A stretch of 64,000 nucleotides of DNA, from the IMG/VR virus record IMGVR_UViG_3300023184_003735, positions 1 to 64,000 of that record; one strand, given 5' to 3'. Origin of the DNA: a virus. The notes below the pieces were generated by a model. That model worked only from the letters and a program-made list of their open reading frames with translations. It was not told where the DNA came from and did no database searches. A program made the position numbers and the translations under genes. The first letter of the stretch is position 1, and every line of letters begins with the position of its first letter. Below are positions 25,182-40,600 of the stretch, piece after piece.

Positions 25182-28100
25182 ATGGCAAAAACAACTAGAC
25201 AAACGGCGATATTTGGTGTAGAAGATTGGAAACAGATCTATCAAACCTATCGCGAAGCAGACTTTCAAAGTTATGACTTTGAAACTTTGCGCAAAAGTTT
25301 TGTTGATTATCTGCGTTTGTACTATCCAGAAACGTTCAATGATTATATTGAGTCGTCAGAATATATTGCTTTACTGGACGTTATTGCGTTCATGGGGCAA
25401 GCACTTGCATTCCGTACAGACTTAAACACCCGCGAAAACTACATGGACACCGCCGAACGTAGAGATTCGGTAGTACGTCTTGCCAACTTGGTCAGTTATA
25501 CAGCCAAACGCAACATTGCCGCACAAGGCCTACTCAAAGTATTTTCAATCAATACCACAGAAAATGTTGTGGATTACCAAGGCGTAGATCTTTCCAATGT
25601 TACTATTAACTGGGCAGACCAGACCAATCCAGACTGGCAAGAACAATTTACTGCAATTATTAACGCCAGCCTGGTTGACACACAAAAAATTGGCCGCCCG
25701 GGTAATAAACAAACTATACTAGGTGTGGTCACCAGTGAATACGGCATTAATTTGGTGCCTGGATACTTACCAGTAGTTCCTTATACTGCCACCGTGGATG
25801 GTGTGAGCATGCCGTTTGAGGCCATGACATCCACGTCAGTTGGCAAAACTTACTTGTACGAACCTCCTCCACAATCCAATGTGCCATTCAATGTATTATT
25901 CCGCAACGATAGTCTAGGGTTTCAGTCAGCCAATACTGGCTACTTCTTTATGTTCAAACAAGGTGTATTGCAAAATCAAGATTTCAACTTAGCCGAGAAA
26001 GTTAGTAACCGCACAGTAAACATCAACATTGAAGGTGTTAACAATGAAGATCGTTGGTTATTCCAACTAGACAATGTTGGTAATATCAATCGCGAATGGA
26101 CATATACAGAAAATATCTATGCAGCCGGTGCAGAACAAACAGCAACTGATCTACGACCTATCTATTCAGTTACCAGTAGAACCAATGACCAGATTACCAT
26201 GGTTTTTGGTGATGGTGTATTCTCAGAAATCCCTGTTGGTATATTCCGTGCTTATGTTCGTGCAAGTAACGGATTGCAATACATTATCAATCCCGAGGAA
26301 ATGCAGGCTGTAACTATTCCTATCAGTTATATTAGTCGCGCAGGCAATCTTGAAACACTAACATTTACTTGTGGCATCACACAACCAGTAAGCAACAGTC
26401 AGGCTCGTGAAACCATTGACGCTATCAAACAACGTGCTCCTGCACGTTATTACACACAAGATCGCATGGTCAATGGTGAAGATTATAATCTTTTCCCATA
26501 TACTCAATACAACTCAATTGTCAAGAGCAAGGCATTGAATCGTGCCAGCATTGGTACAAGCCGTTATCTTGATCTAGTTGACAACACAGGCAAATATTCC
26601 AGCACAAATACATTTGGCAGTGACGGTGGTTTGTGGGAACAAAACATTCTTCCCACCATCTTGTTCTCGTGGGCCAATCGCAATGAGATTGCTGACTTTG
26701 TTGCCAATCAAGTGCAACCAGCAATTGCACAATCAACCATGCGACAGTTTTATTACGAAAACTTTCCTAGAGTAAGTGCAGATAACTTGCCCACATATGG
26801 TGCTACCACTTGGGTTCCTGATGCAAGTTGGAATCAAAGTACCACATTGGCCAATGAAACCACAGGATATTTTAAAAATGGTGTATATTCAATTGCCTGG
26901 CCCACAGGGTCTCCAATTCCGGTAGGTACCACTACAACCACAGCATTCAAATATGTGGCTGTGGGCAGCCTAATTAAATTTGTTCCTCCCACAGGACAAT
27001 ATTTTGACAAAAACAATAAATTACAAACAGGTGTGCCAACGTCAGCAGATCAGCGTTTGGAAATTTGGGCCAGCCCTATCAGTATTGAAGGATCGGGATA
27101 CAACAACGGACTTGGTATTTTGCCTTCTGGTGCAGGCCCAGTGGCACTCAATAACTTTGTACCCACCGGTGCATTGGTTGACACAATCATTCCACTATTT
27201 GTTATTGACCTACCGGTGAGTGTGGAACAGAGCATAGCCGAACAAATTTTGTTAAATCGTAACTTTGGTTTAGGATATGACAATAACGGTGATATTACTG
27301 GTGCACCTTACTCGTGGTACCTAATCACCAGCACCAATCTAGCACAAGATAGTACCTGGAGTCAGCAGTATGCTGGTAACACATCAGGTGCCAACCTAGA
27401 TGCATCTTGGTTGATACAGTTTGTTGTGCAAAATCAAAATTACACAACCACCTTCCGTGGCCTGGCGTATTATTTTGGATCAGTGCTACAAACACGTTTC
27501 TTTTACTATGACGGTGGACAAATTTATGACAGCCGCACAGGCACAGTGATCAAAGACTTTATCAATGTGCTGGCAGTGAATACTAGACCTGATTCTACAG
27601 ATCATTTACCTGGCGATATTGTTATGACTATTACAGGACAACCTGTAGAGAGTGATGGATACGTTGACGACTTCCAGGTTTTGGTTGGTTATCGCGACAG
27701 CGATAATGATGGTGTACCAGATAACCCAGATTTCTTTAATGAAATCGTGGCACCCACAATCAACTCTACACAAAAATATGTTTACCTACAAAAAACAGTG
27801 GACTTTGATAATCTACAACGCTACCTGTTGGTTGAACCTGACGTGGTTGTAAGTGATTACGGCACCTATGATGAAATTGAATTGCAAAAAAGTGCATGGA
27901 CACCTGGACAGGTATTCTATGCTTATGAACAAAGTGCATTTTATCAACTATCTGTAAGTGTTACTGGTGCAAGAACTTTGATTGATGTCACTAACGAATG
28001 GATTGCACGTACTGGACGACAGGCATTGTATTATCAATATCGTCACAATGCACCATTGACCACACGTATTGATCCAGGTACAACCAATATCATTGACTTG

Positions 28101-28658
28101 TATGTTGTGACTTTGAGTTACTATACCGCGTATCAAAATTGGATTCGTGACACTACAGGAACTGTACCTGAACCAGATGTTCCCACAATTGACGAATTAT
28201 CAACCGAGTACCAAGGCTTGCAAAATTACAAAATGTTAAGTGACAATATTATTTTAAATTCAGTCATATTCAAACCTTTGTTTGGTGAAAAGGCCGCGCA
28301 AGAATTACGTGCTACAATCAAAGTAATTCGTGCGCAAGGATCTACAGCCAGCACAAGTGAAATCAAAAGCAGTGTGGTGTCCTCAATGAATACATATTTT
28401 TCAATTGACAAGTGGAATTTTGGTGATACATTTTACTTCTCAGAACTAGCGGCATACCTGCATAGAGAACTTGGCACTATTATTAGTTCAGTAGTGCTTG
28501 TACCACTTAACAGTCAAAAGTACTTTGGTGATTTGTATGAAATACGTTCAGCACCAAATGAAATATTTGTTAACGGTGCTACCATTAATAACATTGAAGT
28601 GATTGAAGCATTGACCAGTACCAACTTGCGTACCGCACCTGGCAGCGGAGTTATTTGA
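25182..28658 (+). CDS. gp6: Baseplate wedge subunit gp6-like
   Basis: 1158 aa; YDFETLR, NDYIESSE, E.YMDTA.RRDSV..LA..VSY, FGDGVF, ETID.IK.RAP..Y.TQDRMV..EDY. Confidence 0.9.
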   Translation: MAKTTRQTAIFGVEDWKQIYQTYREADFQSYDFETLRKSFVDYLRLYYPETFNDYIESSEYIALLDVIAFMGQALAFRTDLNTRENYMDTAERRDSVVRLANLVSYTAKRNIAAQGLLKVFSINTTENVVDYQGVDLSNVTINWADQTNPDWQEQFTAIINASLVDTQKIGRPGNKQTILGVVTSEYGINLVPGYLPVVPYTATVDGVSMPFEAMTSTSVGKTYLYEPPPQSNVPFNVLFRNDSLGFQSANTGYFFMFKQGVLQNQDFNLAEKVSNRTVNINIEGVNNEDRWLFQLDNVGNINREWTYTENIYAAGAEQTATDLRPIYSVTSRTNDQITMVFGDGVFSEIPVGIFRAYVRASNGLQYIINPEEMQAVTIPISYISRAGNLETLTFTCGITQPVSNSQARETIDAIKQRAPARYYTQDRMVNGEDYNLFPYTQYNSIVKSKALNRASIGTSRYLDLVDNTGKYSSTNTFGSDGGLWEQNILPTILFSWANRNEIADFVANQVQPAIAQSTMRQFYYENFPRVSADNLPTYGATTWVPDASWNQSTTLANETTGYFKNGVYSIAWPTGSPIPVGTTTTTAFKYVAVGSLIKFVPPTGQYFDKNNKLQTGVPTSADQRLEIWASPISIEGSGYNNGLGILPSGAGPVALNNFVPTGALVDTIIPLFVIDLPVSVEQSIAEQILLNRNFGLGYDNNGDITGAPYSWYLITSTNLAQDSTWSQQYAGNTSGANLDASWLIQFVVQNQNYTTTFRGLAYYFGSVLQTRFFYYDGGQIYDSRTGTVIKDFINVLAVNTRPDSTDHLPGDIVMTITGQPVESDGYVDDFQVLVGYRDSDNDGVPDNPDFFNEIVAPTINSTQKYVYLQKTVDFDNLQRYLLVEPDVVVSDYGTYDEIELQKSAWTPGQVFYAYEQSAFYQLSVSVTGARTLIDVTNEWIARTGRQALYYQYRHNAPLTTRIDPGTTNIIDLYVVTLSYYTAYQNWIRDTTGTVPEPDVPTIDELSTEYQGLQNYKMLSDNIILNSVIFKPLFGEKAAQELRATIKVIRAQGSTASTSEIKSSVVSSMNTYFSIDKWNFGDTFYFSELAAYLHRELGTIISSVVLVPLNSQKYFGDLYEIRSAPNEIFVNGATINNIEVIEALTSTNLRTAPGSGVI

Positions 28659-31600
28659 TGGCCAACACACGTAGCGTAGACTTTCTTCCTGAGATTTTTC
28701 AGACCGATGCCAACAAGCAATTTTTGGCTGCCACCCTTGATCAACTGATTCAAGAGCCTAACTTTAGAAAAACACAAGGATTTATTGGTCGTACAGTAGG
28801 ACCTGGCGTTAATCCTAACGACAAGTATGTGATTGAACCCACATCTACACGAGCAAATTATCAACTAGAACCGGGTGTGATCAGTTTGGTGCCAGACACA
28901 GACACTATTAAAAATGCCATCACCTATCCTGGCCTGAATGATGCTGTAGACCTCCAAGGTGGCGATGGCGGCCGACCTGATAGACTTTATTCAAGCGAAT
29001 ATTACACCTGGGATCCGTTTATTGACTTTGACACATTTATTAACTTTAGTCAGTACTACTGGGTACCTGGCGGCCCAGATGCAGTAGATGTGGCCTCTAC
29101 CGGAATTGCCACAACTGATAATTTTATAGTCACAACAAACAATAACGCTTATAATTTTTCAGGCGTTAACGGTAGCGATCCAGTTATTGAATTAGTACGT
29201 GGCGGCAGTTATACTTTTCAAGTGACTGACGAATTTTGGATCCAGTCGGCTCCGGGCATTTCAGGACAGATACCAGCAACTCCAAACATCAGCAGTAGAG
29301 ATGTTTACGGTGTGTCCAACAACGGCGAAACCTCTGGCACTGTAATATTCAATGCACCACTTAAAGATGCACAAAGTTTTTATTACAACTTAACCAGTAT
29401 TGGTACCATCGATCTAGTGACTGAATTAGCATACGATGATATCAATGGTCAACCCTTGCTTGATTTTATTGTGGCAACTGGCGGCATTGATGGTACAACC
29501 AATTTAAACAATCGCACACTGGTTTTTATCGATAACCCTGATCTCACACAAAAATATCAAATTACCTACACCACGGTTGATGATGTAATTTATTTGCAAG
29601 TGTCATTGTTGGCCACTATCAATAGTTTAGAAAAGTGGATGACCAGTTATGGAACCGTTTACAGTAACACTCAATGGTACAAAGATCCAGCCGGAGTTAT
29701 TCGCAGTATCCCGTTGCTGAGTGCAGTTCAAGATACATTATATTATCAATCAGGTACAAATTCTGAAATTTTTGGACGTATTCTTTTGGTCGAACCTGGC
29801 AACAGTAGTATACTTGATGTTGACACTATCATTGGCCGTGAAACATATACCAGTCCCAATGGGGTTACATTCACCAACGGACTCAAAGTGAGATTTACTG
29901 GTGATGTAATCCCTGCAAGATACAAATCAGGAACAAGCAGTTTTCAATGTACCGCTACAGAAGCAGGCACAAACTATATCACTTATTATGATGCTGTACA
30001 ATTGTACGTGGGTCAAGCGGTTGTATTTTTAACACCAACCTTGGGTGGACTCGAAGCCGGCACAACCTATTACGTGAGATCAATTGCAGCCAATGGCATT
30101 AAGTTTACAGTGAGTACAGTCCCCAATGGAACCTCAGTAATATTACAAAACGGCACAGGTACAATGAATTCAATTGCAATCAGCAACCATGAATACTATG
30201 TGAGTGGTGTTGGCTCTGCCATTGAATTGTTGCCGGTTGAAGATTTTGTTATTCCAGAAACTTATGTAACTGATTACAATGATAGCACTATTGCTATAGA
30301 ACCGACAGATTTAGATTACCTAACAATTAGTCGCGCCAGTAAAGATTTAAATGCTTGGACTAGAAGTAATCGTTGGTTTCATGTCAGTGTACTAAATGCC
30401 ACCGCAGAATACAATAATACCAGCATAGTACTTGACAACAACTTCCGTGCCAAAAGACCAATTATACAATTCCGTCCAGGTACCCGTTTGTGGAACATGG
30501 GCACTCGAGGCAAAACACCCGTAGACATTATTGACTTCTCAGAAACTGACGCACTTTCAAATGTAGAAGGTTCTACTGGTTATACTACTGATGGGTATAC
30601 CTTGGTCGAAGGATCACGAGTTATATTTGCCGCAGACATAGACTTGGATGTACGTGACAAAATTTATGTAGTAAGTTTTGCGACACCAGATACTGTACCA
30701 GACCCAGATCTAATCCCTCAGCCGATTATTGTATTAACTGAAGCCATAGATGGAGCAGTTCAATTAGATGAATGCACTGTTTGTGTTTACGGTAATACTT
30801 ACGCCGGAAAAACATTTTGGTTTGATGGTACTGCTTGGATTGAAGCACAACAAAAAACTGCGGTACAACAAGCACCGTTATTCAATGTATATGATGTAGA
30901 TGGTGTGAGTTTTGGCAACCGAGTCAAATATCAATCGAGTGATTTCACCGGATCAAAACTATTCAGTTATGCAGTGGGGGACACCACAATTCTTGACCCA
31001 GTGTTGCAATTCCCATTACAATATTTGAACATCAACAACGTTGGTGATATTGTTTTTGATAACAACTTATATGTTGACACCTTTACCTACACAATTGATA
31101 ACGTTAGTACCGTTACTCCTATAAGTTCGGGAGCCGCCAGAGAGTATGCGACTCGCACTGAGTACAACAAACTAATTGGTTGGCAAACTGCTATAGTTGA
31201 ACAGCAAATTTATCAACAATTTAAATTTACGTATACAACACAAACTCTTAAACTTGATATTGCGGTAACTCCACAAACATCAATTATGTTACCTGTGATA
31301 AAAATTTATGTCGGTAGTGTGTTTATTGAACCTAGTATGTATACCTATACTGTTGGTACAGACAGTACAATTATTGCATTGACTGATACTTATTTGCCCA
31401 CAGACGTTATTGAGGTACTGGCACTAAGTGAGCAGACCAGTAACGTGGGATTTTATCAAGTGCCCAATAACTTGCAAAGTAATCCTCTTAATGCCAATAG
31501 TCCTGCATTTACATTAGGCACCATACGCACTCATTACGAAAGCATCTGTGAAAATTTATTAAGTTTAACTGGGCCAATCAACGGGGCAAACAACAGTAGA

Positions 31601-34600
31601 GACCTTGGAAATATTATTCCTTACGGTTTAGAAATTTTACAACAAAGCAGTCCGTTGACACTGGCTGGCTACTTCATGCGCAGTCCCAGTTATAATATAT
31701 TTGCATCATTGCAATACAACAGTCGTGAATATATCAAATTCAAAGCACAGATGCTTGATGCGGTGCTTACTCAAAACAATATTGCATTCAAAACCACAGC
31801 CACTATCCTTGATCAGGCAATTGCAGATATTACTCTAGGAAAATTAGACACTCAGCCATTTTATTGGAGTGATATGATTCCACAGGGTATTACCTCTTAT
31901 AGTAATACCTATACTGTGGGATTGACTACTACTAGTACATTTGATACTGTGCAAGTTTACAACTATACTTCGGCAAATTATCTTGGACTTTGTGTGTATC
32001 TAAACAATGTTATTTTAACTCGTGATCGAGATTATGTTGTGGCCACCAACGGACCTAGACTTACAATCGGTGTCGCACTTGCTGTTGGTGACACAGTTAC
32101 TATTAATGAGTACAGTACCACCTATGGCAGTTTTGTGCCTAACACTCCAAGTAAAATGGGCTTGTATCCCAAGTGGGAACCCGAAATTACCACACTTGTA
32201 ACCAGTAATGGTACAGGTGAATTTATTATTGGACATGACGGTAGTGAAACTCCGGTATTTGGAGACATACGAGATCAAGTGCTGTTGGAGTTTGAAACCA
32301 GAATCTACAGCAACATCAAACAAGATGGCAATCCAGTACCTCTCACAATTGAAAATGTATTACCTGGCCAGTTCCGTAGCACTGAATACAGTTTTGAAGA
32401 AATTAACAATATTTTTGGTACAGATTTATTGAGTTATTGCGGTTGGAACAAATTAGATTATAAATCTCAAACGTTCACCGCCACCAATGAATTCACATGG
32501 AACTACAGTAATACTACTAATAAACTCAATAATGAAAATTTACTAGGTGCCTGGCGTGGTATCTATCGCTATTTCTATGACACACAACAGCCTAGTTACA
32601 CTCCCTGGGAAATGCTAGGATTAACCACAGAACCTGTCTGGTGGGAAAGTCGTTACGGCCCAGCACCATACACCGCAGACAACTTGGTTCTGTGGGATGA
32701 TTTGGCTGCTGGTCTTGTGGCCGATCCTGCGGCACCATACTATAAACCTAAATATGCACGACCTGGTCTAACATCAGTTATTCCCACAGGAACTGAAGGC
32801 GAACTATTAAGTCCACAAGACAGTGTAGTAGGCGGTGTGCCGCTCAATCAAAATATTGTCTCCAGATATCAAAAAAGTTGGGCCATTGGCGATGGCGGCC
32901 CAGTTGAAGCATCTTGGTGGAATAGTTCTGGATACCCATTCTCAGTAATGCATGTGTTGGCTGTTACTCGTCCAGCAAAGTTCTTTTCTTTGTTTGCTGA
33001 TAGAGATCTGTACAAGTTTGATACAGACTACAACCAATATTTGTACAATGGTCGCTATAGATTAGATGCCAATGGTATTGAAGTATACGGCAATGATGTC
33101 AGTAAAGCCAGCTACATCAACTGGATTGTGGACTACAATAGGCAGACTGGAATTAATTCAACAGATCTGTTGACCGCTGATCTCAAGGCCTTGGATGTTA
33201 GACTATGTTATCGAATGGCCAGTTATTCGGATAAACAGTATATAAAATTAATTACTGAAAAGTCTAGTCCTAATAGCACTAACACAACGTTAACGATTCC
33301 CGATGAAAGTTACAACATCTTGTTGTATAAAAACCAGCCGTTTGATCAAATCCGATACAGTAGTGTGGCAGTGCAAAAAGTTGACGGCGGCTACGCAGTA
33401 TTTGGGTATGGAACAACACAATCTTATTTTGAAATACTACAAAGTCAATCTGTGGGCAAACTACAAGAATACAGTGCAGGTGGGATCACAGTACGTGTGC
33501 CAACTTTTTATTCCGACAATGTGACACAAGTTCCATACGGATTTGTTTTTGTGAACGAAACCGCAGTGAGCGATTTCTTGCTGAGTTATGGCAAACTATT
33601 AGAAAAGCAAGGATTGACATTTACTGATCGAGTGAATGGGTATACCCTAGATTGGTCAAGAATGGTTACTGAGTTTTTGTATTGGAGTCAGCAAGGCTGG
33701 AATACAAATGCCATTATCAACTTGAATCCCTTGGCTGGTGGCCTCACAGTTACCCGCCCTGGGGCAGTAGTTGATAGTATTGTAACTGAAACCAGTGAAA
33801 ACTTATTACTGGATCAAAATTCAAATGAAATCCCCACACGCTCATTAAATGTTGTTCGATTAGGCAACACGTTCACCATACAACCTCTAACTACACAAAG
33901 TATAAGTTATATTAATTTGAGATTTACCAACTACGAACACATGATAGTGTTAGACAATCAAAGTGTGTTTGGAGATTTAATATACAACCCAGTAACAGGT
34001 GCAAGACAAAGTAGATTAAATCTAGTGGCCGTAACTACTAGTGACTGGAACGGAAGTGTAGATACTCCTGGTTTTATTTTAAATCAAGACAATGTGCAGG
34101 AGTGGACTGGCCTAAAGACTTACTCCAAAGGTGAAATTGTTAAGTACAAAAATGTATACTGGTCTGCATTGACCATTGTACAACCCAGCATCAAATTTGA
34201 TTTTAATGTTTGGGCACAGAGTGATTACACTCAACTTGAATTAGGTTTACTACCAAACCTGGCCAATAAAGCTGACCAATTAGCCAACAGTTATAATATC
34301 AATGCCGCTAATATTGAAACTGATAATGATTTATTATCGTACGGCTTGATTGGTTTTAAACCTCGACAATATCTGGCCGCATTGAATCTTGATGATGTTA
34401 GCCAAGTCAATGTGTATCGTCAATTCCTAGGAACCAAAGGTACCATCTTGGCAGCCGAATTGTTCAAAGCCGCCAACCTAGGCAAAGAAGCTGCTGACTA
34501 TACCATCTATGAAAACTGGGCAGTACAACGTGCAGTATACGGCGCCAATGCCAATCGCAGTTTCTTTGAATTGAGATTGAATCGTGCATTACTGGATAGT

Positions 34601-37600
34601 AATCCTAGTTTGGTACAGGTTGTCGTGCCACAACAATCAAGCGAAGCAGACCAAACTATTTTTCTAACAGATGTGTGGCGGTCAAGTTATAAACTTACCA
34701 GCACCGCGATTCTTCCTACCACAACTGAATTGCCCACTGACGTTGGGTTGCCTTCGGCAGGGTATGTAAGTCTCAATGATACCGACATCACAGTGTTTGA
34801 TATCACAAACACAGCCAGTCTGGCAGCCAACATAGATTCAATTGAAGTAGGCACAAGTATCTGGGTGGCCAAGATCAACGATTATGACTGGGGAATTTAT
34901 CGTGCTCAAGCAGTACCCGGACAGATACAACACGTTTGCGACAACTTGAATGGTACAAGCCGTGTGATTTTTAATGATCAGCACGGCTTAGCAGTTGGCG
35001 ATAAACTGATTATCAAATTCTTTGACAGTGAAATCAATGGCGTGTACCAGGTACTCAGTGTACCGAGCCTTGATACTGTGAACATTGCATTTGCGTTTAC
35101 TAGCAATCGTTCAGTGGCAAATGGAACAGGCATTGGCTTTACATTGCAAACCATGCGAGTTGCACAAGCCAGCGATGTTGATAACTTACCATATGCTTTG
35201 AATATTTTACCTGGTGCCAAAGTTTGGGTCGACGACAATGGCGAAGGTTTGTGGGAAGTACTGCAAAAGAACAACGTGTTCTCAAGTATTATTGCACTAA
35301 GTCCAGTATTACTTGACGCAAGTGAGCAGTATGGTGCTAGTGTAACACAAGCCAGAAACAAAATTGCCGCGCTGGTAGGTAGTCCACGCTATGGTTTTAA
35401 TAGTGGTGTTGCCAAAGGTGCAGTGTATGTTTATGTAAAGAGTTATAGTGATCAATACACACCAGTGAGTCCTTTGGGCACCGGTGATGCAATTCTTACG
35501 CTAGATGTTGCGGGTGTACGTGGTTATGGTAATGCTGTGGACTTTGGTAATCAATCATGGGCAGTGGCCGGAGCCAGTGCCAGTTTAGGTCCAGGCAGTG
35601 AACCCGACAACGGCTATGCCTGTGTGATCTATCGTGATCCAGTGTTGGGCGTGCCTGGATCTATCCCATACGGCCAGTGGCAGTTGCTCACACAGCCTGG
35701 CACAACTACATCAACTACTCCGGGTGCTGGAGAATTTGGTTACAGTGTGGCCATGAGTCTAGACGAGCGTTGGATGTACATTGGAGCACCCGGTTTAAAT
35801 AGTGTACATGCCTATGGTTATGTTGATTGGCAAGATCAATTTGTCAAAGTATTAGCTGATGGTACAACCAAATCTTTTGCAATCAACAACGCTATACAAA
35901 TCAACAACAAATATCAACTCAAGGTTACATTGAACGGTCAGGTGCAAACAGTTGATGTTGATTATACAATTGACAACAATTTTAACCTAGTTACTTTAAC
36001 TAATAACCCAGGGGTGGCTACAGCAGGAAGTTTTGTTTCAGGACAAACATACACTATTCTTAGCGTAGGAACCACTAACTTTGTTGCCATTGGTGCCAGT
36101 TCAAACACAGTGGGAGTTGAATTTATTGCTACCGGAGCAGGATCAGGAACTGGTACTGCATTAGCACCAACTCAAATTGAGTTTGCACGTTACAACAGTT
36201 TTCAAATTCCTTATACTGCAACCACTTACAATCTCGACGATGCCGTCAACGCCGACGGTCGCAGAGTTGGATTATTTACAGCCACAAATATATATTCGTT
36301 CAGCATCAAGGTCAATGAAGACTTGTTACGCCCTAATATTGACTATACATTTGCCGGTACAACCGTAACTTTTACTGGATCATACGTTGCGGCTGACATT
36401 ATTGTGGTCAATGCTAAAGGATATTTTGAATATGTAGACACAATTGATTCCAGCATGGTCACAGGTGGACTAACTGCTGGAGACAGATTTGGACAAGCAG
36501 TTTCATGTACCACAGATGGCCGACAAGTTTTAATTGGCACACCATATAAATCCATAGTTAATGCTATCAGTAGCGCCAGTGCATCCGGAGTTGCGGTAGC
36601 AGGAACCGCATCATATTCTAATCTTTATCAATATAGTACCAGTGGATCTGGGTATGGTGCAATATTTAATGTAACACGTACCAATCAAACATATTCAATT
36701 AGTCTGATCGAAGGCGGTCAAGATTATAATATTAATGACACTATTACTATCTTAGGAACTCTATTAGGTGGTACTACTGGTAATAACTTAACAATTACTG
36801 TTGGTACTGTAAAAACTTTTACAGAAGCTGGGTCAGTGTATGTGTTTGATCGCAATGTACAAAAATTCATCTATGGTACAGATCCTTCCAGCGTGAGTTT
36901 TACAGTGCTAGGCGGAGCACCAACAGCACCAGTAAGCGTGATTGTTAACAATCAATTCTACATCAATCAAACCAACAGTGTGATCAATAACCCTGACTCA
37001 TTCACTGTGAGCGGTGATGTGGTTACCATACTTGGCGACTTGCAAATTGGTGATGTGATTGAAATTGAAACAAATCAATTCCAGCAAGTACAAGAAGTTG
37101 ATCAACACGTGATTGCAGAGTTTTCAAACTTTGGACAATCTGTAGATATCTGTGCCAACAATTGTAGTCTGTATGTGGGCGAACCACAGAGCAGTCAGCA
37201 AATATTCAAAGGCGGTGTGGTTGAACGTTTTGTAAACCAAAGTCGCATCTATGGCACAATCACTGCCACAGTGGCCAACCCTACACTCACTGCTGGTAAC
37301 ACAATCAGAATTAACAATATAGATGTTGAAGTCCCAGTTACATATGTAAATGCAGCCGGCCAGACTGTAGCCGGTAATAATGTTAATGGTCTAGCATGGG
37401 CAATCAATAACACAGTGCCAAACGTGTTGGCCACAGTCAGCACCACTGGATATCTCACAATCAGTGTCAAGAATTCTGCGGCAGCCGCACCGTTCAACAA
37501 GGTGCAAGTGGCGCCAGGCTCAGTGGGCACAACATTTGCTGATCTAGGATTTGAAACTTTTGCCTGGACACAAACAATTACCAGCCCATATCCTGTGCAG

Positions 37601-40600
37601 TATGCAGGGTTCGGTAGTGCTATCAGCATCAATGACTCAGCAGTGAACTTGGTGGTTGGTGCACCACAAGGTACAATTTATCTTGAAACTGTGTTTGATG
37701 ATGGCACCACAATATTTGACGCTGGTAGCACAGTATTCTTCTCGGTAATTGTGCAAAGTGGAGCAATTTACACATTTGACTATTTGCCAAGCAACACACT
37801 GACCATAACCAACCCTGGTAAATTTGTGTTTGGACAGCAAGTCAACAACAGTCAAATTGGACCATATGATACATTTGGTGCCGCAGTAAACTATACTTCG
37901 GGTGTGTTGATGATCGGTGCTCCCAAGAACGATGTTGGCGATAGTGATGCAAATTTTGGAGCTGTGTTTGTGTTTGAAAATCCTTCAGACGCACCTGCCT
38001 GGTCCGTGGCACAAATACAACAACCCACAGTCGACATTCGATTGTTAAATAGTGTATTCTTGTATGATAGAATAACAAGTGCTCGAACCGAGTTTTTAGA
38101 TTTTATTAACCCATTACAAGGTAAGATACTGGGTGCGGCACGTGCCAACATTGATTACATTGGCTCGATAGATCCTGCCGCATACAACACAGGACCAGTT
38201 AATATTCAAGGTACCACGTGGTTTGCAGATCACGTGGGAGAAATTTGGTGGGACATTAGCACAGTGAGATTTATTGACCCTAATCAAGATTCAATTGTGT
38301 ACGCCAGCCGACGTTGGGCACAGATATTCCCAGGCAGCGAAATTGATGTATATCAGTGGATACAAAGCACAACACCCCCTGCATCGTATACTGGTGAAGG
38401 TATACCATTAAACTCTGCATCTTATACGGTTAACACAAATCTTTCACAAGATGGAACATTTGCTACCTATTATTATTTCTGGGTTCGTGGCATCACAGTG
38501 ACAGCAACTCAATTGGGCAAAACGTTGCCAGCCATCACAGTTGCATCATATATTGCCGATGCCAAGGCTAGCGGCATAGCCTATCTAGCACCAATCAATG
38601 CCAGTACAATTGCATTATACAACAGTGCTGACTATATTTCTGCTAGTGATACTGTTATCAGTATTGAGTACGACCGCGAATACACCAACGATAATGTACA
38701 CGTTGAATATGAGTTGATTCCACAAGATCGTGCTGATGGATTCTTGAGCGACGGTCTATACCGTAAGTTACAGGATAGTTTCTGCGGAGTAGATACATTT
38801 GGTAACAAAGTGCCAGACCCTAATCTTGGTCCTGCAGAACGTTATGGAGTACAATTCCGTCCACGCCAATCAATGTTTGTAGATCGTTTTGCGGCACTAA
38901 AAAATTATTTAAAACGTGCAAACGTTGTGTTGGCACAATATCCCATTAGCGAAAGCAGAAGTTTCAATTTGCTCAACAGCAGTGAGCCCATTCCGCCACA
39001 AACCGAAATTGTGAACAACGTCACTGTAACCAACTGGAATCTACAAGTGGCCAATTTGGAAGTACTAGGATTTCAAACACCATTCTGGTCTAATATCAGT
39101 GGATCAATACCTTTAGGTTACAAATATCTTGTGACCACTGACAGTAGTCAACGCGGCTTATGGACAATTTATACTGTTCAAGAAAGCGACACTCAAGCCA
39201 ACACAAGAGTGCTAAAACTAACACGAGTACAAGGTTACAATACCCCCGATTATTGGAGTTATATCAATTGGTACCGCCCGGGATACAATTCTAGCACTAA
39301 AATCGTAGTCGAAGTGTCCACATACTCAGCATTGGCCACTCTTACTGTGCCAGTTGGTAGTAGCGTTAAAGTTACTGCTAATGCCCAAGGCAAATTTGAA
39401 ATATATTTAAAAACTAACCTAGGTTGGGAACGGGTGGCACTGCAAGATGGTACCATTGAGTTTTCTGCAGAACTTTGGGATTATGCTGTGGGTCGCTTTG
39501 GATTTGATGTTGAAGTTTATGATGCACAATACTTTGATCAAGAACCAGTAACAGAAACCCGCAAAATCATCCAAGCCATCAATGAAGAATTGTTAATAGA
39601 TGACCTAGCAATTCAACGCAACAAGGCCTTGGTGCTGATGTTTAACTTTGTGTTGAGCGAATTTTCTGCACCTGAATGGTTGGTCAAGACCAGTTTAATT
39701 GACGTGGATCACAACATCCGTCAATTGATTCCTTATCAAAATTACACAATCGACAATCAAGAGTTTGTTAGTGATTACATTCAAGAAGTCAAACCTTATC
39801 ACGTGAGTATTCGAGAATTTAACTTAAAGTACACTGGATTTGATGAATTCTTTGGAGACTTGACCGACTTTGACGTACCTGCTTATTACAATACGTCTTT
39901 GGAAATACCTAAATTCACAAGTCCAATCTTGTTGCCATATGACCATGGCACTGCGTTTAATTCTGGAACCAATACGCAAAGTGATTTACCAGCAACTAGC
40001 CCTGTGTGGAGTACATGGCCATACAATCAATGGTACAGTAATTATTTGTTGGTGCTTGACAGTGTGGAAATTATTGACGGTGGATCAGCATATACTGAAC
40101 CACCAGTGGTTATAATTACAGGTGATGCATTGATACCAGCAGAGGCCACTGCGGTAATCAGCAGTCTAGGCCGAGTAGTAGCCGTAAATGTTACCAGTTC
40201 AGGATCAGGATACAATCAAACTCCCACTATTACATTTGATGGTGGTAATGGTGTTGCGGCCCGTGCCTACGCTAGAATGACCAACAATCTTGTGCGCAGT
40301 TTCCGCACAGTAATCAAGTATGACCGTTTTCAATATTTTAGCGATGTGTTGACTTGGAGTCCAAATGGAGTTTACTACTCGGACATGCTGGTCCGTTATG
40401 ATAATCGTGTGTGGATCGCTACTCCTGCTGACTCTTCAGGTGCACCAATTGTAGGGCCGACATTTAATCTTGAAGATTGGACTGTGGTACCAGCCAAGGA
40501 TTTAACCGGCGTCAATCGTACCATGGGCTATTACGTTCCTGGAGTTAATCAACCTGGGCTTGAGTTACCATTGCTGATCGATGGCGTTGATTATCCAGGT